DNA of 64,000 nucleotides from an uncultured bacterium (GTDB lineage: Bacteria; Actinomycetota; Acidimicrobiia; Spongiisociales; UBA5794), in the NCBI GenBank assembly GCA_963801165.1, contig CAWDDT010000009.1:160001-224000 (forward strand), read 5' to 3'. The position numbers were made by a program, and so were the translations under genes. Of this stretch, positions 1-9,232 are shown in pieces. The notes beneath the pieces were generated by a model, which saw only the letters and a list, made by a program, of their open reading frames with translations, was not told the DNA's origin and did not search any database. Numbering within the stretch: the stretch's first letter is position 1; each line of letters begins with the position of its first letter.

Positions 1-11
1 TATTTGCCTAC

Positions 12-410
12 GTGAGCAACGTGGAGAATATGCCTCGCTGGGTTTCCGGCGTGCGCAAGGCCCGGCTGCTGTCGCACCGGTTGAAGGCAGGGGCCAAGTT
101 CACCACCGAGTACGCCGAAGGGCTGCGCAGCACCCGGATCGATTTCAGCGTTGTGGAGTTCGACCCGCCCCGACGCTTCGTCGCCAAGTCGGAGCGGGGA
201 CCCTTCTCGTTCCCATTCCGCGGCACCTTCGAGTTCCGCCCTGTTGACCACGGTACCGAGGTGATCACGGACATCGATACCGCAGGTGACAGCCTCGCCA
301 ACCGGTTGGCCGATCTGCTATTCGGCCCGTTGGTGCGGCGGGGGTTTCAGCGCCGTCTCCAGGACGAGCTTCAGGCCCTGAAGGCCGGGGTCACTCGCTC
401 CGCCCGTTAG
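12..410 (+). CDS. SRPBCC/polyketide cyclase-dehydrase family protein (probably 5'-truncated by window edge)
   Basis: '(FAY)VSNVENMPRWVSGV...VVEFDPPRRF...GTFEFRPVDHGTEV...LQALKA' matches the START-like SRPBCC pattern; the frame is open to the window start. Confidence 0.75.
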   Translation: MSNVENMPRWVSGVRKARLLSHRLKAGAKFTTEYAEGLRSTRIDFSVVEFDPPRRFVAKSERGPFSFPFRGTFEFRPVDHGTEVITDIDTAGDSLANRLADLLFGPLVRRGFQRRLQDELQALKAGVTRSAR

Positions 411-627
411 CCGGCCGATCACCGGGCGCCAGGCTGATCCGTGCTGCTCTCCGCGACCGAGCACGACATGGCCACATGGACGGAGACGAGAACAACGCGG
501 ATCCCTACCGCTCAGGACGCTCCGGGTGCTCGAGTTTGGCGGTCCGATCACGGCGATGCGGTCCGACCGTGAGAATCACCTGGCTCTGTCACGCGGGCCG
601 ACGTTTGTCGATGGTGCCGTGAACGGG

Positions 628-654
628 AAAGGCCGGCGGCTGTTGCCACCGGCC
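628..654 (-). terminator. Probable intrinsic terminator just downstream of tRNA-Pro
   Basis: Minus strand GGCCGGTGGC-AACA-GCCGCCGGCC hairpin followed by TTT, right after the tRNA CCA end; short U tract. Confidence 0.5.
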
Positions 655-655
655 C

Positions 656-732
656 TGGTCGGGACGGCCGGATTTGAACCGGCGACCTCATCGTCCCGAA
701 CGATGCGCGCTACCAAGCTGCGCTACGTCCCG
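656..732 (-). tRNA. tRNA-Pro(CGG)
   Basis: Reverse complement CGGGACGTAGCGCAGCTTGGTAGCGCGCATCGTT-CGG-GACGATGAGGTCGCCGGTTCAAATCCGGCCGTCCCGACCA: cloverleaf, TTC loop, encoded CCA, anticodon CGG. Confidence 0.97.
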
Positions 733-768
733 AGAGGGGTCGATTGTAGCGCCAACTCAGGCGATCTC

Positions 769-2016
769 CTATCCCAGTCTCTCCACACGGATGCGGTCGA
801 TGCGGTTTCGGTCCATCCGCATCACGACGAGCCGGTAGTCGTGGATGGTGAGCTGGTGCCCATCGCCGGGGATGTGCCCGGCGGTGGCCATGTATAGGCC
901 GCCGATTGTCGAATAGGGTCCTTCGGGGAACTCGTGGTCGACCGCGGCATTGAAGTCGTCCATGGCCAGCCTGCCGTCGGCCATCCAGCGGCCCGGGCCG
1001 ATCTTGACGATCGAGGGGATCCCCGGGTCGTACTCGTCCTGGAGCTCGCCGACCAGTTCCGACACGAGATCCTTTATTGTGACCAGGCCCTCTACTCCGC
1101 CGTGCTCGTCGAGCACGAGCGCCATCGTGAACCGGCGCGCCCGCATGTCCTGTAGCACCCCTAACACCGCAGCCGACTCGGGCACGTAGTTGGGTTTGCG
1201 GATCAACCCGGCGATCGCCCGTGGTGACGGGTCACCCGTGAAACGCAGTACGTCCTTGACGTAGAGGATCCCGATCAGGTCGTCGAGGTTTCCTCCGGTG
1301 ACCGGGAATCGCGAGTGGGCGGCCTTGTTGACCGCGTCTCTCACGTCCTCGATCGTGACAGGGTCGCCGAGGGTCACGATGTCGACCCGGGGCGTCATCA
1401 CGTCGCGCACCGGCCGGTCGGCCAGGGTGAATAGGGCGTCAATGATTTCCCGTTCCGCCGCCTCGATCTCGCCGCCGGCTGCGCTCAACTCCGCCAATGC
1501 GAGGATGTCGGCCTCGGTCACCCCGCTGTACGGATCGCCGTGCATCCGGAACACCCGCAACAAACCCCTCGTCACCGCGGTGAAGAGACGGGCGATCGGG
1601 CGCATCACGAGCGACAGCCGCCAGATCGTCGGCGCGACCGCCAGCGAGAACCGTTCCGGGTAGCGGGCGGCGATCGTCTTCGGGGTGATCTCGCCGACTA
1701 TGAGCACGACGACCGTCACGACCAGCGTCGATACCCACGGCCCCCAGCGATCGCCGATGAGGGAGATGAACAGAGTGGTGGCAACCGCGGCTCCGAGAAT
1801 GTTGGCCAGGTTGTTGGCGACCAGCAACGTCGACAACAAGCGGTCGGGCTCGGCTACCAATTGGGCGACACGCTTGCCACGCCGCCCGGTCGCCGAGATC
1901 TGATGAACCCGCTCCCGGCCGATCCCGATCAATGCCGTCTCGGAGCCGGAGAAGAACCCCGAGCTGATCGCACAGATTGCAAGGATGCCGATATAGGCAA
2001 TGTGGGTTGGGCTCAT
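769..2016 (-). CDS. CNNM/TlyC (hemolysin-family) membrane protein with CBS pair and CorC_HlyC domain
   Basis: 'SGFFSGSETAL', 'GEITPKTIA', 'VRDVMTPRVDI', 'HSRFPV', 'VLDEHGGVEGLVTIKDLVSELVGEL'; start at MSPTHIAY. Confidence 0.92.
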   Translation of the reverse strand: MSPTHIAYIGILAICAISSGFFSGSETALIGIGRERVHQISATGRRGKRVAQLVAEPDRLLSTLLVANNLANILGAAVATTLFISLIGDRWGPWVSTLVVTVVVLIVGEITPKTIAARYPERFSLAVAPTIWRLSLVMRPIARLFTAVTRGLLRVFRMHGDPYSGVTEADILALAELSAAGGEIEAAEREIIDALFTLADRPVRDVMTPRVDIVTLGDPVTIEDVRDAVNKAAHSRFPVTGGNLDDLIGILYVKDVLRFTGDPSPRAIAGLIRKPNYVPESAAVLGVLQDMRARRFTMALVLDEHGGVEGLVTIKDLVSELVGELQDEYDPGIPSIVKIGPGRWMADGRLAMDDFNAAVDHEFPEGPYSTIGGLYMATAGHIPGDGHQLTIHDYRLVVMRMDRNRIDRIRVERLG

Positions 2017-2045
2017 GTCGCTGCGCAGTCTATGGAACCGGAGGT

Positions 2046-2417
2046 TCAGCCGGCGATCGCTTTCTCGATGGCCGTGCGGAGATCGTACGCAGAGAAGGGC
2101 TTGACCACCGACGCCGCTGCCCCGGCTCGCTTGGCCAGGAACGAGTCGGCCGTGCGATCGAGCAGCAGTACCACCGGCACTGCCTCCATGTCGGCCATGG
2201 CCGCCTGCTGGTGGATTTCCCTGGCGATCGCCATCCCGCCCATGCTTGCGACCTGGAGGTCGATGACCACGACGTCGGCGGGGTTGGTTGCCAGCAGCTC
2301 GACGATGGTGGTGGGATCGCTGTGGTCGATCAGTGTGAAATCGGGTTCGGTCAGCGCAGCGTGGACCTCGTTGCGGGGCCAGGCTTCGTCTGCGATGACG
2401 ATTACGCGAGATGGCAT
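2046..2417 (-). CDS. Single-domain response regulator receiver
   Basis: 'VIVIADE', 'DVVVIDLQVASMGG' (phospho-Asp), 'AGAAASVVKPF'. Confidence 0.85.
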   Translation of the reverse strand: MPSRVIVIADEAWPRNEVHAALTEPDFTLIDHSDPTTIVELLATNPADVVVIDLQVASMGGMAIAREIHQQAAMADMEAVPVVLLLDRTADSFLAKRAGAAASVVKPFSAYDLRTAIEKAIAG

Positions 2418-2479
2418 GGAGGAAAGCGTAGCGCGCCCGGTCGTCGGTACCGTATCCGAAATATGTACCATTCCCAGCC

Positions 2480-3763
2480 GTGTTGAGACGTATTCCCTTT
2501 TTCCTACTGTTGCTCGGCACCGTGTTGGCGGCCGTTCCTGCGCTGGCGCAGGACGCCCCCGCCGCCGGCCCGATCGCCGTCGCCGACGTACGCGGGCCGC
2601 TCGATCAGCGCGCCCTCGACTTCCTGGACGACGTGGTTCTGAACGAGGACGCCCAGCTCATCGTGCTCAAGGTCGACAACCCTGGCGTGGCCTCTGGTGA
2701 CATCAAGCCATTGCTCGACGACATTCGCGGTTCTGCAACCCCGGTGGTGGCCTGGGTGGGTCCTGAGGGTGCGGTGGCGTTCGGCGATACCGTCGGGATT
2801 CTCGATGCGGTCCAGGTCGCCGGGGGCGCACCCGGTGCCAGGTATGGGTTCTCCGACCCGATGTTCCACGGCGTGATCGATCGCGCCCGGCTTGAGGACG
2901 CACAATTCAATGACCTAACCGACTCGCAGCACGTGATCGAGGTGACCGACGACCGGCCCGGCTTCATCGTGCAACCGACGATCGGCCAGTTCATCGCAGC
3001 TCTCGACGGCATGCAGATAGAGACCTCGGCCGGTCCTGTGACCCTGGAGACCGCCAGGGAGGAGACCCGGCCCGGCGGCGTGGTCGTGATCACCTCCTCG
3101 GTTGATGTCCGGTTTCTCAAGCCGACGCTGCTGACCCGGTTTCTTCGGTTGGGGACCAGGCCCGATGCTGCGTTCTTCTTCCTGCTCGCCGGACTGGCCG
3201 TTGCCGCATTCGAGTTTTACGCCGCCGGCGCCGGTGTTGCCGCCGCGGTTGCCGCGCTGGCGCTGTTCCTCGCCGGTTACGGGTTCGCCACTCTGCCGGT
3301 GCACTGGTGGGCGGTTGTCACCGCGGTTGCCGGCATCGGGCTGGATACGTGGGATTTCCAGCGTCAGGAACTCGGCATCCGCACGATTGTGGGCACCATC
3401 CTCATGTTCAGTGGCGGTCTGGCGTTTGTTGGAGGGCCCCAGCAGATCAGCACCAGCTTCTGGGGCGTGCTGCTCACGGTGATCGGGATCACGTTGTTCT
3501 ATCTGTTTGCCATGACGACCATCGTCCGCTCCAGGTTTGGCACGCCAACCATCGGTAGGGAGCATCTCGTCGGTGCAGTTGGAACGGTCGAGTCCGTTCT
3601 CGACCCCGACGGTGTCGTGATCATCGAGGGGGCCAAATGGCGAGCCCGCGCTCATCGGGCGACGTCAGTTTCCGCGGGGGCCGAGATCGAGGTACTCTCG
3701 GTCGAAGGGATAACGCTCCAGGTGGCACCACACGAGGTCGCGAAATCCCAGCCAGATAATTGA
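2480..3763 (+). CDS. nfeD: NfeD family membrane protein (ClpP-like N-domain, TM region, C-terminal OB domain)
   Basis: Signal peptide, 'LKVDNPG', 'PVVAWVGPEGA', multiple TM helices, 'GREHLVGAVGTVESVLDPDGVVIIEGAKWRARA'. Confidence 0.85.
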   Translation: MLRRIPFFLLLLGTVLAAVPALAQDAPAAGPIAVADVRGPLDQRALDFLDDVVLNEDAQLIVLKVDNPGVASGDIKPLLDDIRGSATPVVAWVGPEGAVAFGDTVGILDAVQVAGGAPGARYGFSDPMFHGVIDRARLEDAQFNDLTDSQHVIEVTDDRPGFIVQPTIGQFIAALDGMQIETSAGPVTLETAREETRPGGVVVITSSVDVRFLKPTLLTRFLRLGTRPDAAFFFLLAGLAVAAFEFYAAGAGVAAAVAALALFLAGYGFATLPVHWWAVVTAVAGIGLDTWDFQRQELGIRTIVGTILMFSGGLAFVGGPQQISTSFWGVLLTVIGITLFYLFAMTTIVRSRFGTPTIGREHLVGAVGTVESVLDPDGVVIIEGAKWRARAHRATSVSAGAEIEVLSVEGITLQVAPHEVAKSQPDN

Positions 3764-3850
3764 CGGAATATTCCTGGCGTAATCTGGAGTAGATGCCTAG
3801 CGTCCGGAATCCGGTACGTCCGCATTTCACCGTTGCGGGAGGAGGAGTTA

Positions 3851-4123
3851 GTGACGTCGATCGACCGTTCTTGGCAACCTGTAGCCCTCTGTCGGGGGAA
3901 CCATTCTCACCTCTTCTTTCCCCCGACAACCTCAGAACGCAAAGAGGAGAGGGAGCGAAGAGAACTACGGGCCAAAGCGGTGTGCCAGGTCTGTCCGGTA
4001 CAAGCCGACTGCCTGGACTACGCGCTGGAGTCGACCGAACAATACGGGATCTGGGGCGGCTTCACCGAGACGGAGCGCCGCCAACTCCCGGCCGCCCGCA
4101 AACGAGTCGCAGCAGCGGTCTGA
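3851..4123 (+). CDS. whiB: WhiB family Fe-S transcription factor (WhiB3/WhiD-like)
   Basis: Four Cys (CRG..., CQVC, DC) and 'YGIWGGFTETERR'; RBS GGAGGAG before GTG 3851. Confidence 0.93.
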   Translation: MTSIDRSWQPVALCRGNHSHLFFPPTTSERKEERERRELRAKAVCQVCPVQADCLDYALESTEQYGIWGGFTETERRQLPAARKRVAAAV

Positions 4124-4151
4124 CCGGCGAAGCTCCGACCCTGGGTATCCG

Positions 4152-5918
4152 CTACTGCCGCAGCGTCCTGACGTCGCCACGTCTGCGTGTCACGCCCTGT
4201 TTGTCGAGCCATTCCAACAGAGGCACAGCCTGGCGCCGCGTCACCCCGATCTGGTCCCGGAACCCGGCGACGGTGAACCCCTCCGGTAGTTGCCCGAGGG
4301 CGGCTCTGATCGTCTCCACCTGCTCGGGGAGATACACGAGATCGGCATCGATCCGGATCAGCTGTCCCTCGCGCACCAGGGCGTGCAGCAACTCCTGCTC
4401 CAACCCGAGGTGGCCGGCCCGGGGCACGTCGAGTCCCGCCCGCAGCATCTCCTGAGCGGTACGCCACGCCTCCTGTTCCGCAGGGGACAACCCGGGCTCG
4501 AAATCCGCAGTGCGAATCGTCGCTCCTTGATCGATGAGCCCGGCAGAGCCGGCCACCACCAGCGCTATCGATTCGGGCTCGCAACCCAGGGTCGTCGCTA
4601 GTTCGGCCTTCGGGATTCCGGGTCGCAGCCGGTGCTCCGTCTCGAACCTGCGGGTCGCCTTCACTATCTGGTCGAGTAGGTCGGCGGCCGCGGCATCACC
4701 CATCGCCCGCGAGCCCGCCCGGTAGCGAGTTCGGGGAACACCGCCGGCCGAGTCGCGGGCCAGGTCATCCAGATCGGCGGTGCCTCGAATCGACAGCAAT
4801 ACGTCGGCGACTCGATCGGGTCCTTCGGCGAGAGCTGCGCTCAGGGAGGGAGCTGATGCGCGAGCCCGCCTCCCGGAGCGGGGCGGATGTGGGTCGAGGA
4901 CAACTCCGCCGGCGACGACCGCCCGTCGCCCGGTTTCGCGCAAGATGAATCTGTTCCCGGCGCACAGCGGTACGGCGCGCCTGGTCTGGAGGAGCCCGAG
5001 GCCAGGCTCCAGGATCCGAAGCCGAACCGGCCATGCCCCACTCCCCATGTGCAGGTGGTACGCCCCCCGTGCCGTGAGCTCATCATCGAGCGACCGCACC
5101 GCCCGGAGCGCCACAAGGAACCGATCGGTGGTCGCAATCGACCCGGGCGGGGCGAGGAGCATGCCGCGTTCGGCGGTCTCGGTGCCTGCGAGATTGAGCG
5201 CGGTGCGGCTCCCGGGCGGAACCCACTGCGCCGGGGCGTCGTGGTGTTGCAGCCCGCGTACCCGAACCGCTACCCGTCCCGGCCACAGAGCCAGGTCGTC
5301 GCCCATGGCCACCGGGCCCCCCGCCAACGTCCCCGTTACAACGAGTCCGGCCCCGGTGATGTGAAAAGCCCGGTCGATCCAGAGGCGGGGCCGTCCCCGA
5401 TCGCCGGGCTCTCCGGCCGCCTCCAGTTGGGAGACAAGCGTCCGTTGCAGCTCGTCCATGCCGGTACCGGTCACCGGCGAGACCCGCACGATCGGCCACT
5501 CGCTTGCCGCCGTCCCCTCGGTCCGCTCCAGTACCTCGATCTCCGTGAGGTCGATGGTGTCGGCGTCGGCGAGATCGACTCTGGTCAGGGCAATGACTCC
5601 GTGCCCGATCTCGAGCAGGTCGAGCACGGACAGATGTTCCTCGGTCTGCGGCATCCACCCCTCGTCGGCGGCAACCACGAGGAGGGCCACGTCGATGGCG
5701 CCCATCCCGGCCAGCATGTTCTTGATGAACCGTTCGTGGCCGGGGACATCGACGAAACCCACGTCGAACCGGCCGAGCTGTGTCCAGGCGAACCCGAGAT
5801 CGATGGTCAGCCCACGTTCTTTCTCCTCTGCCCAGCGGTCCGGGTCCCGACCGGTGAGTGCCTCGATCAGCGTCGACTTGCCATGGTCGACATGTCCGGC
5901 GGTGGCGACGATTGGCAT
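4152..5918 (-). CDS. selB: Selenocysteine-specific elongation factor SelB
   Basis: 'ATAGHVDHGKSTLIEALTG', 'EEKERGLTIDLGFA', 'DVPGHERFIKNMLAG', C-terminal 'TRRQAVPLLEWLDKQGVTRRRGDVR'. Confidence 0.96.
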   Translation of the reverse strand: MPIVATAGHVDHGKSTLIEALTGRDPDRWAEEKERGLTIDLGFAWTQLGRFDVGFVDVPGHERFIKNMLAGMGAIDVALLVVAADEGWMPQTEEHLSVLDLLEIGHGVIALTRVDLADADTIDLTEIEVLERTEGTAASEWPIVRVSPVTGTGMDELQRTLVSQLEAAGEPGDRGRPRLWIDRAFHITGAGLVVTGTLAGGPVAMGDDLALWPGRVAVRVRGLQHHDAPAQWVPPGSRTALNLAGTETAERGMLLAPPGSIATTDRFLVALRAVRSLDDELTARGAYHLHMGSGAWPVRLRILEPGLGLLQTRRAVPLCAGNRFILRETGRRAVVAGGVVLDPHPPRSGRRARASAPSLSAALAEGPDRVADVLLSIRGTADLDDLARDSAGGVPRTRYRAGSRAMGDAAAADLLDQIVKATRRFETEHRLRPGIPKAELATTLGCEPESIALVVAGSAGLIDQGATIRTADFEPGLSPAEQEAWRTAQEMLRAGLDVPRAGHLGLEQELLHALVREGQLIRIDADLVYLPEQVETIRAALGQLPEGFTVAGFRDQIGVTRRQAVPLLEWLDKQGVTRRRGDVRTLRQ

Positions 5919-5919
5919 C

Positions 5920-7245
5920 TCAGGCCAGGGTCTCCGCCACGAGCAAGTCGTCGCCGGGGTCGACGGTGCGCAGGTCGATGATCAGCTCACCCTCGCGCCG
6001 TCTGGCGAGAATCGGTGGGGTGGCCGAGAGCAATCTGGCGAACAGCTCGTCGGCGTCGCCGTGGACGTGGAGATTGGGGGAGGCGATGGTTGCCCCGGGC
6101 ACGGAGCCGGCGCCCGGCACCGACTCCCCCCGGACGACGTCGCCCTTCCCGCCCAGCTTGTCGAGAAGTTGCCGGTGACGCCGCTCCAGCTCGTCGTAGT
6201 CGAGAGAGACCATCGCCCAAAACGGGATCTCCCCGCCCCGGTCGTCTGCATACAGCTCGAGGGTTCTCGCCAGCGCAGCGTGGGTGGCCCCGTCGATTCG
6301 CAATGCCCGCGCCAGCGGGTGGCGGGCCATCCGCTCGATTAGGTCGGTGCGGCCGACGGCGATACCGGTCTGCGGGCCTCCCAGAAGCTTGTCACCGGAG
6401 AAGAGGACGACATCGGCTCCGGCCTCGAGAGTCTGGCGCACCGCAGGCTCGTCGGCGAGCCAGGCGGGTGGGCTTCCCGGCAACCAGGGAACGTTCGCAT
6501 CGAGCAGACCGCTGCCGATGTCGGCGATGAGCGGAACGCCGTGACGCCGCGCCGGTTCGACGAGATCCGCGAGCGGCGTCGACTCGGCGAAACCCTGCAC
6601 CCGGTAGTTGGAGGGGTGGACCTTGAGGATCGCCGCCGCGGTCTCGATCTCCCGCTTGTAGTCCTCCAGCCGGGTCCGGTTGGTCGTCCCCACCTCGACG
6701 AGCCGGCACCCGGAGGCGATCATCAGCTCGGGTAGACGGAAGGAACCGCCGATTTCGATCTCCTCGCCGCGGGACACAACGGCGCTTCCCGAGCCGGCGA
6801 TCGCCGCCAGCGCCAGCAGCAGGGCCCCGGCGTTGTTGTTGACGACGAGGGCGGCTGCGGCTCCGGTCAGCGCCTGGAGCAGGTGTTTCGCATAAGCGGC
6901 GCGGCTGCCTCTGGCCCCGGTGCCGACATCGAACTCGACGTTGCTGTAGCCGGTGGCGGTTTCGGTGGCTGCCACCACGGCGTCCACGGGCAAGCGAGCC
7001 CGACCGAGGTTGGTGTGGAGCAGGACCCCGGTGGCGTTGACGATTCGGGTGGGGCGGGTAGAGGCGATCGTCGTTGCGATCTCGATTGCGTGGCTGGTCG
7101 GATCGGGGGAGCCGCCCTTGCGAATCTCGCTACGGGCCGCCTCGACGGCGGTGCGGGCGACGGTGGTGGCGAGCCTGCGGGGCAAACCACGCGCACCCAG
7201 CTCGGTGGCGAGGTCGTCGACCCGGGGAAGGTTCTGCAAATCCAT
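5920..7245 (-). CDS. selA: L-seryl-tRNA(Sec) selenium transferase SelA
   Basis: 'VNATGVLLHTNLGRA', 'VVNNNAGA', 'SRGEEIEIGGSFRLPE', 'EVGTTNRT', 'KVHPSNY', 'FSGDKLLGGPQ' (PLP Lys). Confidence 0.96.
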   Translation of the reverse strand: MDLQNLPRVDDLATELGARGLPRRLATTVARTAVEAARSEIRKGGSPDPTSHAIEIATTIASTRPTRIVNATGVLLHTNLGRARLPVDAVVAATETATGYSNVEFDVGTGARGSRAAYAKHLLQALTGAAAALVVNNNAGALLLALAAIAGSGSAVVSRGEEIEIGGSFRLPELMIASGCRLVEVGTTNRTRLEDYKREIETAAAILKVHPSNYRVQGFAESTPLADLVEPARRHGVPLIADIGSGLLDANVPWLPGSPPAWLADEPAVRQTLEAGADVVLFSGDKLLGGPQTGIAVGRTDLIERMARHPLARALRIDGATHAALARTLELYADDRGGEIPFWAMVSLDYDELERRHRQLLDKLGGKGDVVRGESVPGAGSVPGATIASPNLHVHGDADELFARLLSATPPILARRREGELIIDLRTVDPGDDLLVAETLA

Positions 7246-7282
7246 GTGGCAGAGCCTACCCATACCGTTATCCTCGGATGTC

Positions 7283-7660
7283 ATGCGTCCCCGAACCTCG
7301 CTGTTCCTAGCTTTCCTTCTCGTGCCACCCATCGAGATCGGTCTCTTCATCGTCGTCGGTGGCTGGATCGGGCTGTGGCCGACGGTCGGCATCGTCCTGC
7401 TCACCGCTTTCCTCGGTGCTCGTCTCGTGTCGAGGCAGGGGCGTGGCGTGCTGGGACAGTTGCGTGCCGAATTCGTCGCCGGACAGTTCCCGGCCACGAC
7501 GCTGGCCCACGGAGCGATGATCCTCATCTCCGGTGCCCTGCTGCTCACGCCCGGTTTCCTGACGGACCTCATCGGATTCTCCCTGCTGTCACCCCAGATC
7601 CGGGAGGCACTCCGCAAATGGGCGGTGCGCCGGTGGTCCAACCGGATCACCATCCTGTGA
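7283..7660 (+). CDS. fxsA: FxsA family membrane protein
   Basis: 'LLVPPIEIGLFIVVGGWIGLWPT', 'GALLLTPGFLTDLIG'. Confidence 0.92.
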   Translation: MRPRTSLFLAFLLVPPIEIGLFIVVGGWIGLWPTVGIVLLTAFLGARLVSRQGRGVLGQLRAEFVAGQFPATTLAHGAMILISGALLLTPGFLTDLIGFSLLSPQIREALRKWAVRRWSNRITIL

Positions 7661-8457
7661 CGAGCGAACCACGTCCTTCGGCGACAGCGTGTGTTCTCCA
7701 CCAGACGGCTGCGGGCATCGAGGTGTTGATGGTGCGCCGCAGCAGCTCCGCCCGGTTCATGGCTGGTGCCTGGGTATTTCCCGGCGGTGCCGTCGATCCC
7801 GAGGACCACGATCCTGAGAACCTCGCATTGCTCGACGGCTTCCCCGTCGGCTCCGAGAACGGACCGTGGTTGGCAGCGGCGTTTCGCGAGGTCGTCGAGG
7901 AGACGGGGATCTGGCTAACCCGACCGCCCCGTGTCGAGCCGCTCAACGACATAGGTGTCTTTGCGACGGCGCACCGACAGGGTCGCGCTTTCGCGGCCGA
8001 TGCCGCGGTGTACTTCGCCAATTGGGTGACGCCTTCCATGGTCCCGGTACGGTTCGACGCCCGTTTCTTCATCGTCGCCATCGAAGATCGCGTCGTCCCG
8101 CACCCCGACGGGCTCGAGATAGACGCAGCCGAGTACGTCGCCCCCACAGAGGCGCTGCGCCGCGCCGCCGCCGGCGAGTGGCTAGTGCCATTCCCGACGC
8201 AGCGGACGCTGCACGATCTCGCTGGATTCCGTTCCGTCCCGGCCGCGCTCGAGGAGTGGCGGCACCGCCCTGTCGTTCGGGTCCAACCCAGGCTGCGCGT
8301 AGGCGATGGTGGGGCACTCGAGGTGGTGATGCCGGGCGAACCCGGCTTTGATGAGCTCGAAGATGCCGGCCCGGATCCGGAGGCACTGGCTCAGGCGGCA
8401 CGCGTCGCTGCCGGAAACGGCAGCCCGGTTGTGGAGGTTGCCCGTGGCGAGGATTGA
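7657..8457 (+). CDS. NUDIX hydrolase (NUDT19-like)
   Basis: 'PRPSATACVL', 'FMAGAWVFPGGAVD', 'AAFREVVEETG', 'NWVTP...RFDARFF'; GTG overlaps fxsA stop. Confidence 0.88.
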   Translation: MTSEPRPSATACVLHQTAAGIEVLMVRRSSSARFMAGAWVFPGGAVDPEDHDPENLALLDGFPVGSENGPWLAAAFREVVEETGIWLTRPPRVEPLNDIGVFATAHRQGRAFAADAAVYFANWVTPSMVPVRFDARFFIVAIEDRVVPHPDGLEIDAAEYVAPTEALRRAAAGEWLVPFPTQRTLHDLAGFRSVPAALEEWRHRPVVRVQPRLRVGDGGALEVVMPGEPGFDELEDAGPDPEALAQAARVAAGNGSPVVEVARGED

Positions 8458-9232
8458 GCGGGTGCTGGCCCCAAACCCGGGGCCGTTCACGGGCCCGGGC
8501 ACGAACACGTATATCCTCGAGTCCGGTGGAGCCGCGCTGGTGCTCGACCCGGGCCCGGTGATCGTCGAGCACCTTCGCGCCATCCGGACTGCTCTCACCG
8601 GGCTGCATCCTGTCGCCGTGGTGGTGACGCATACCCATCCCGACCACGCTCCTACGGCGAACGGGCTCGGCCGTGAGCTCAACGTCCCAGTTTTCGGCTT
8701 CGCCCCCGGCAGCGAGTTCGAGCCAACCGATCTCCTGGAGGACGGCGGAGAAGTCGTGTTCGGGGGCGATCGCCTGATTGCTGTGCACACACCCGGGCAC
8801 ACTTCCGACCATCTCTGCTTCAGGCTCGGTCGCCACCTCTTCACCGGTGACCACATCATGGGCGGATCCACTGTGATCATCGACGATGCGGCCGCCTACA
8901 TGAGGTCGCTCCGCAAGATCGCCGCGCTCGAGCCCGATCGGCTCTATCCCGGCCACGGTCCCGAGCTGCCCGAAGCGGGTCAGGTGATCGCCGAGTACAT
9001 CGACCATCGGGTAGCGAGAGAGCAGCAGATACTCGTCGCCGTTGCCGGCGGTGCGGCGACGATCGGTGAGATCGTCGATGCCGTGTACGCCGGTCTCGAC
9101 CCGTCGTTGCGGTTGGCGGCGACTATCCAGGTACATACCCAGTTGATAAAGCTAAGGGACGAAGGTCGGGTATCTTTGGGTGCCGGTGGTGCCCACGGGG
9201 CAACGGTCGTCGAGCGTGTGGAGACGCCGTGA
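8444..9232 (+). CDS. MBL-fold metallo-hydrolase (LACTB2-like)
   Basis: 'APNPGPFTGPGTNTY', 'THTHPDH', 'HTPGHTSDH', 'FTGDHIMG', 'PGHG'. Confidence 0.92.
   Translation: MARIERVLAPNPGPFTGPGTNTYILESGGAALVLDPGPVIVEHLRAIRTALTGLHPVAVVVTHTHPDHAPTANGLGRELNVPVFGFAPGSEFEPTDLLEDGGEVVFGGDRLIAVHTPGHTSDHLCFRLGRHLFTGDHIMGGSTVIIDDAAAYMRSLRKIAALEPDRLYPGHGPELPEAGQVIAEYIDHRVAREQQILVAVAGGAATIGEIVDAVYAGLDPSLRLAATIQVHTQLIKLRDEGRVSLGAGGAHGATVVERVETP

Noticed and set aside
411-655. Integrative-element attachment site at the tRNA-Pro 3' end
   Set aside because: No integrase and no duplicated tRNA 3' end seen within the window
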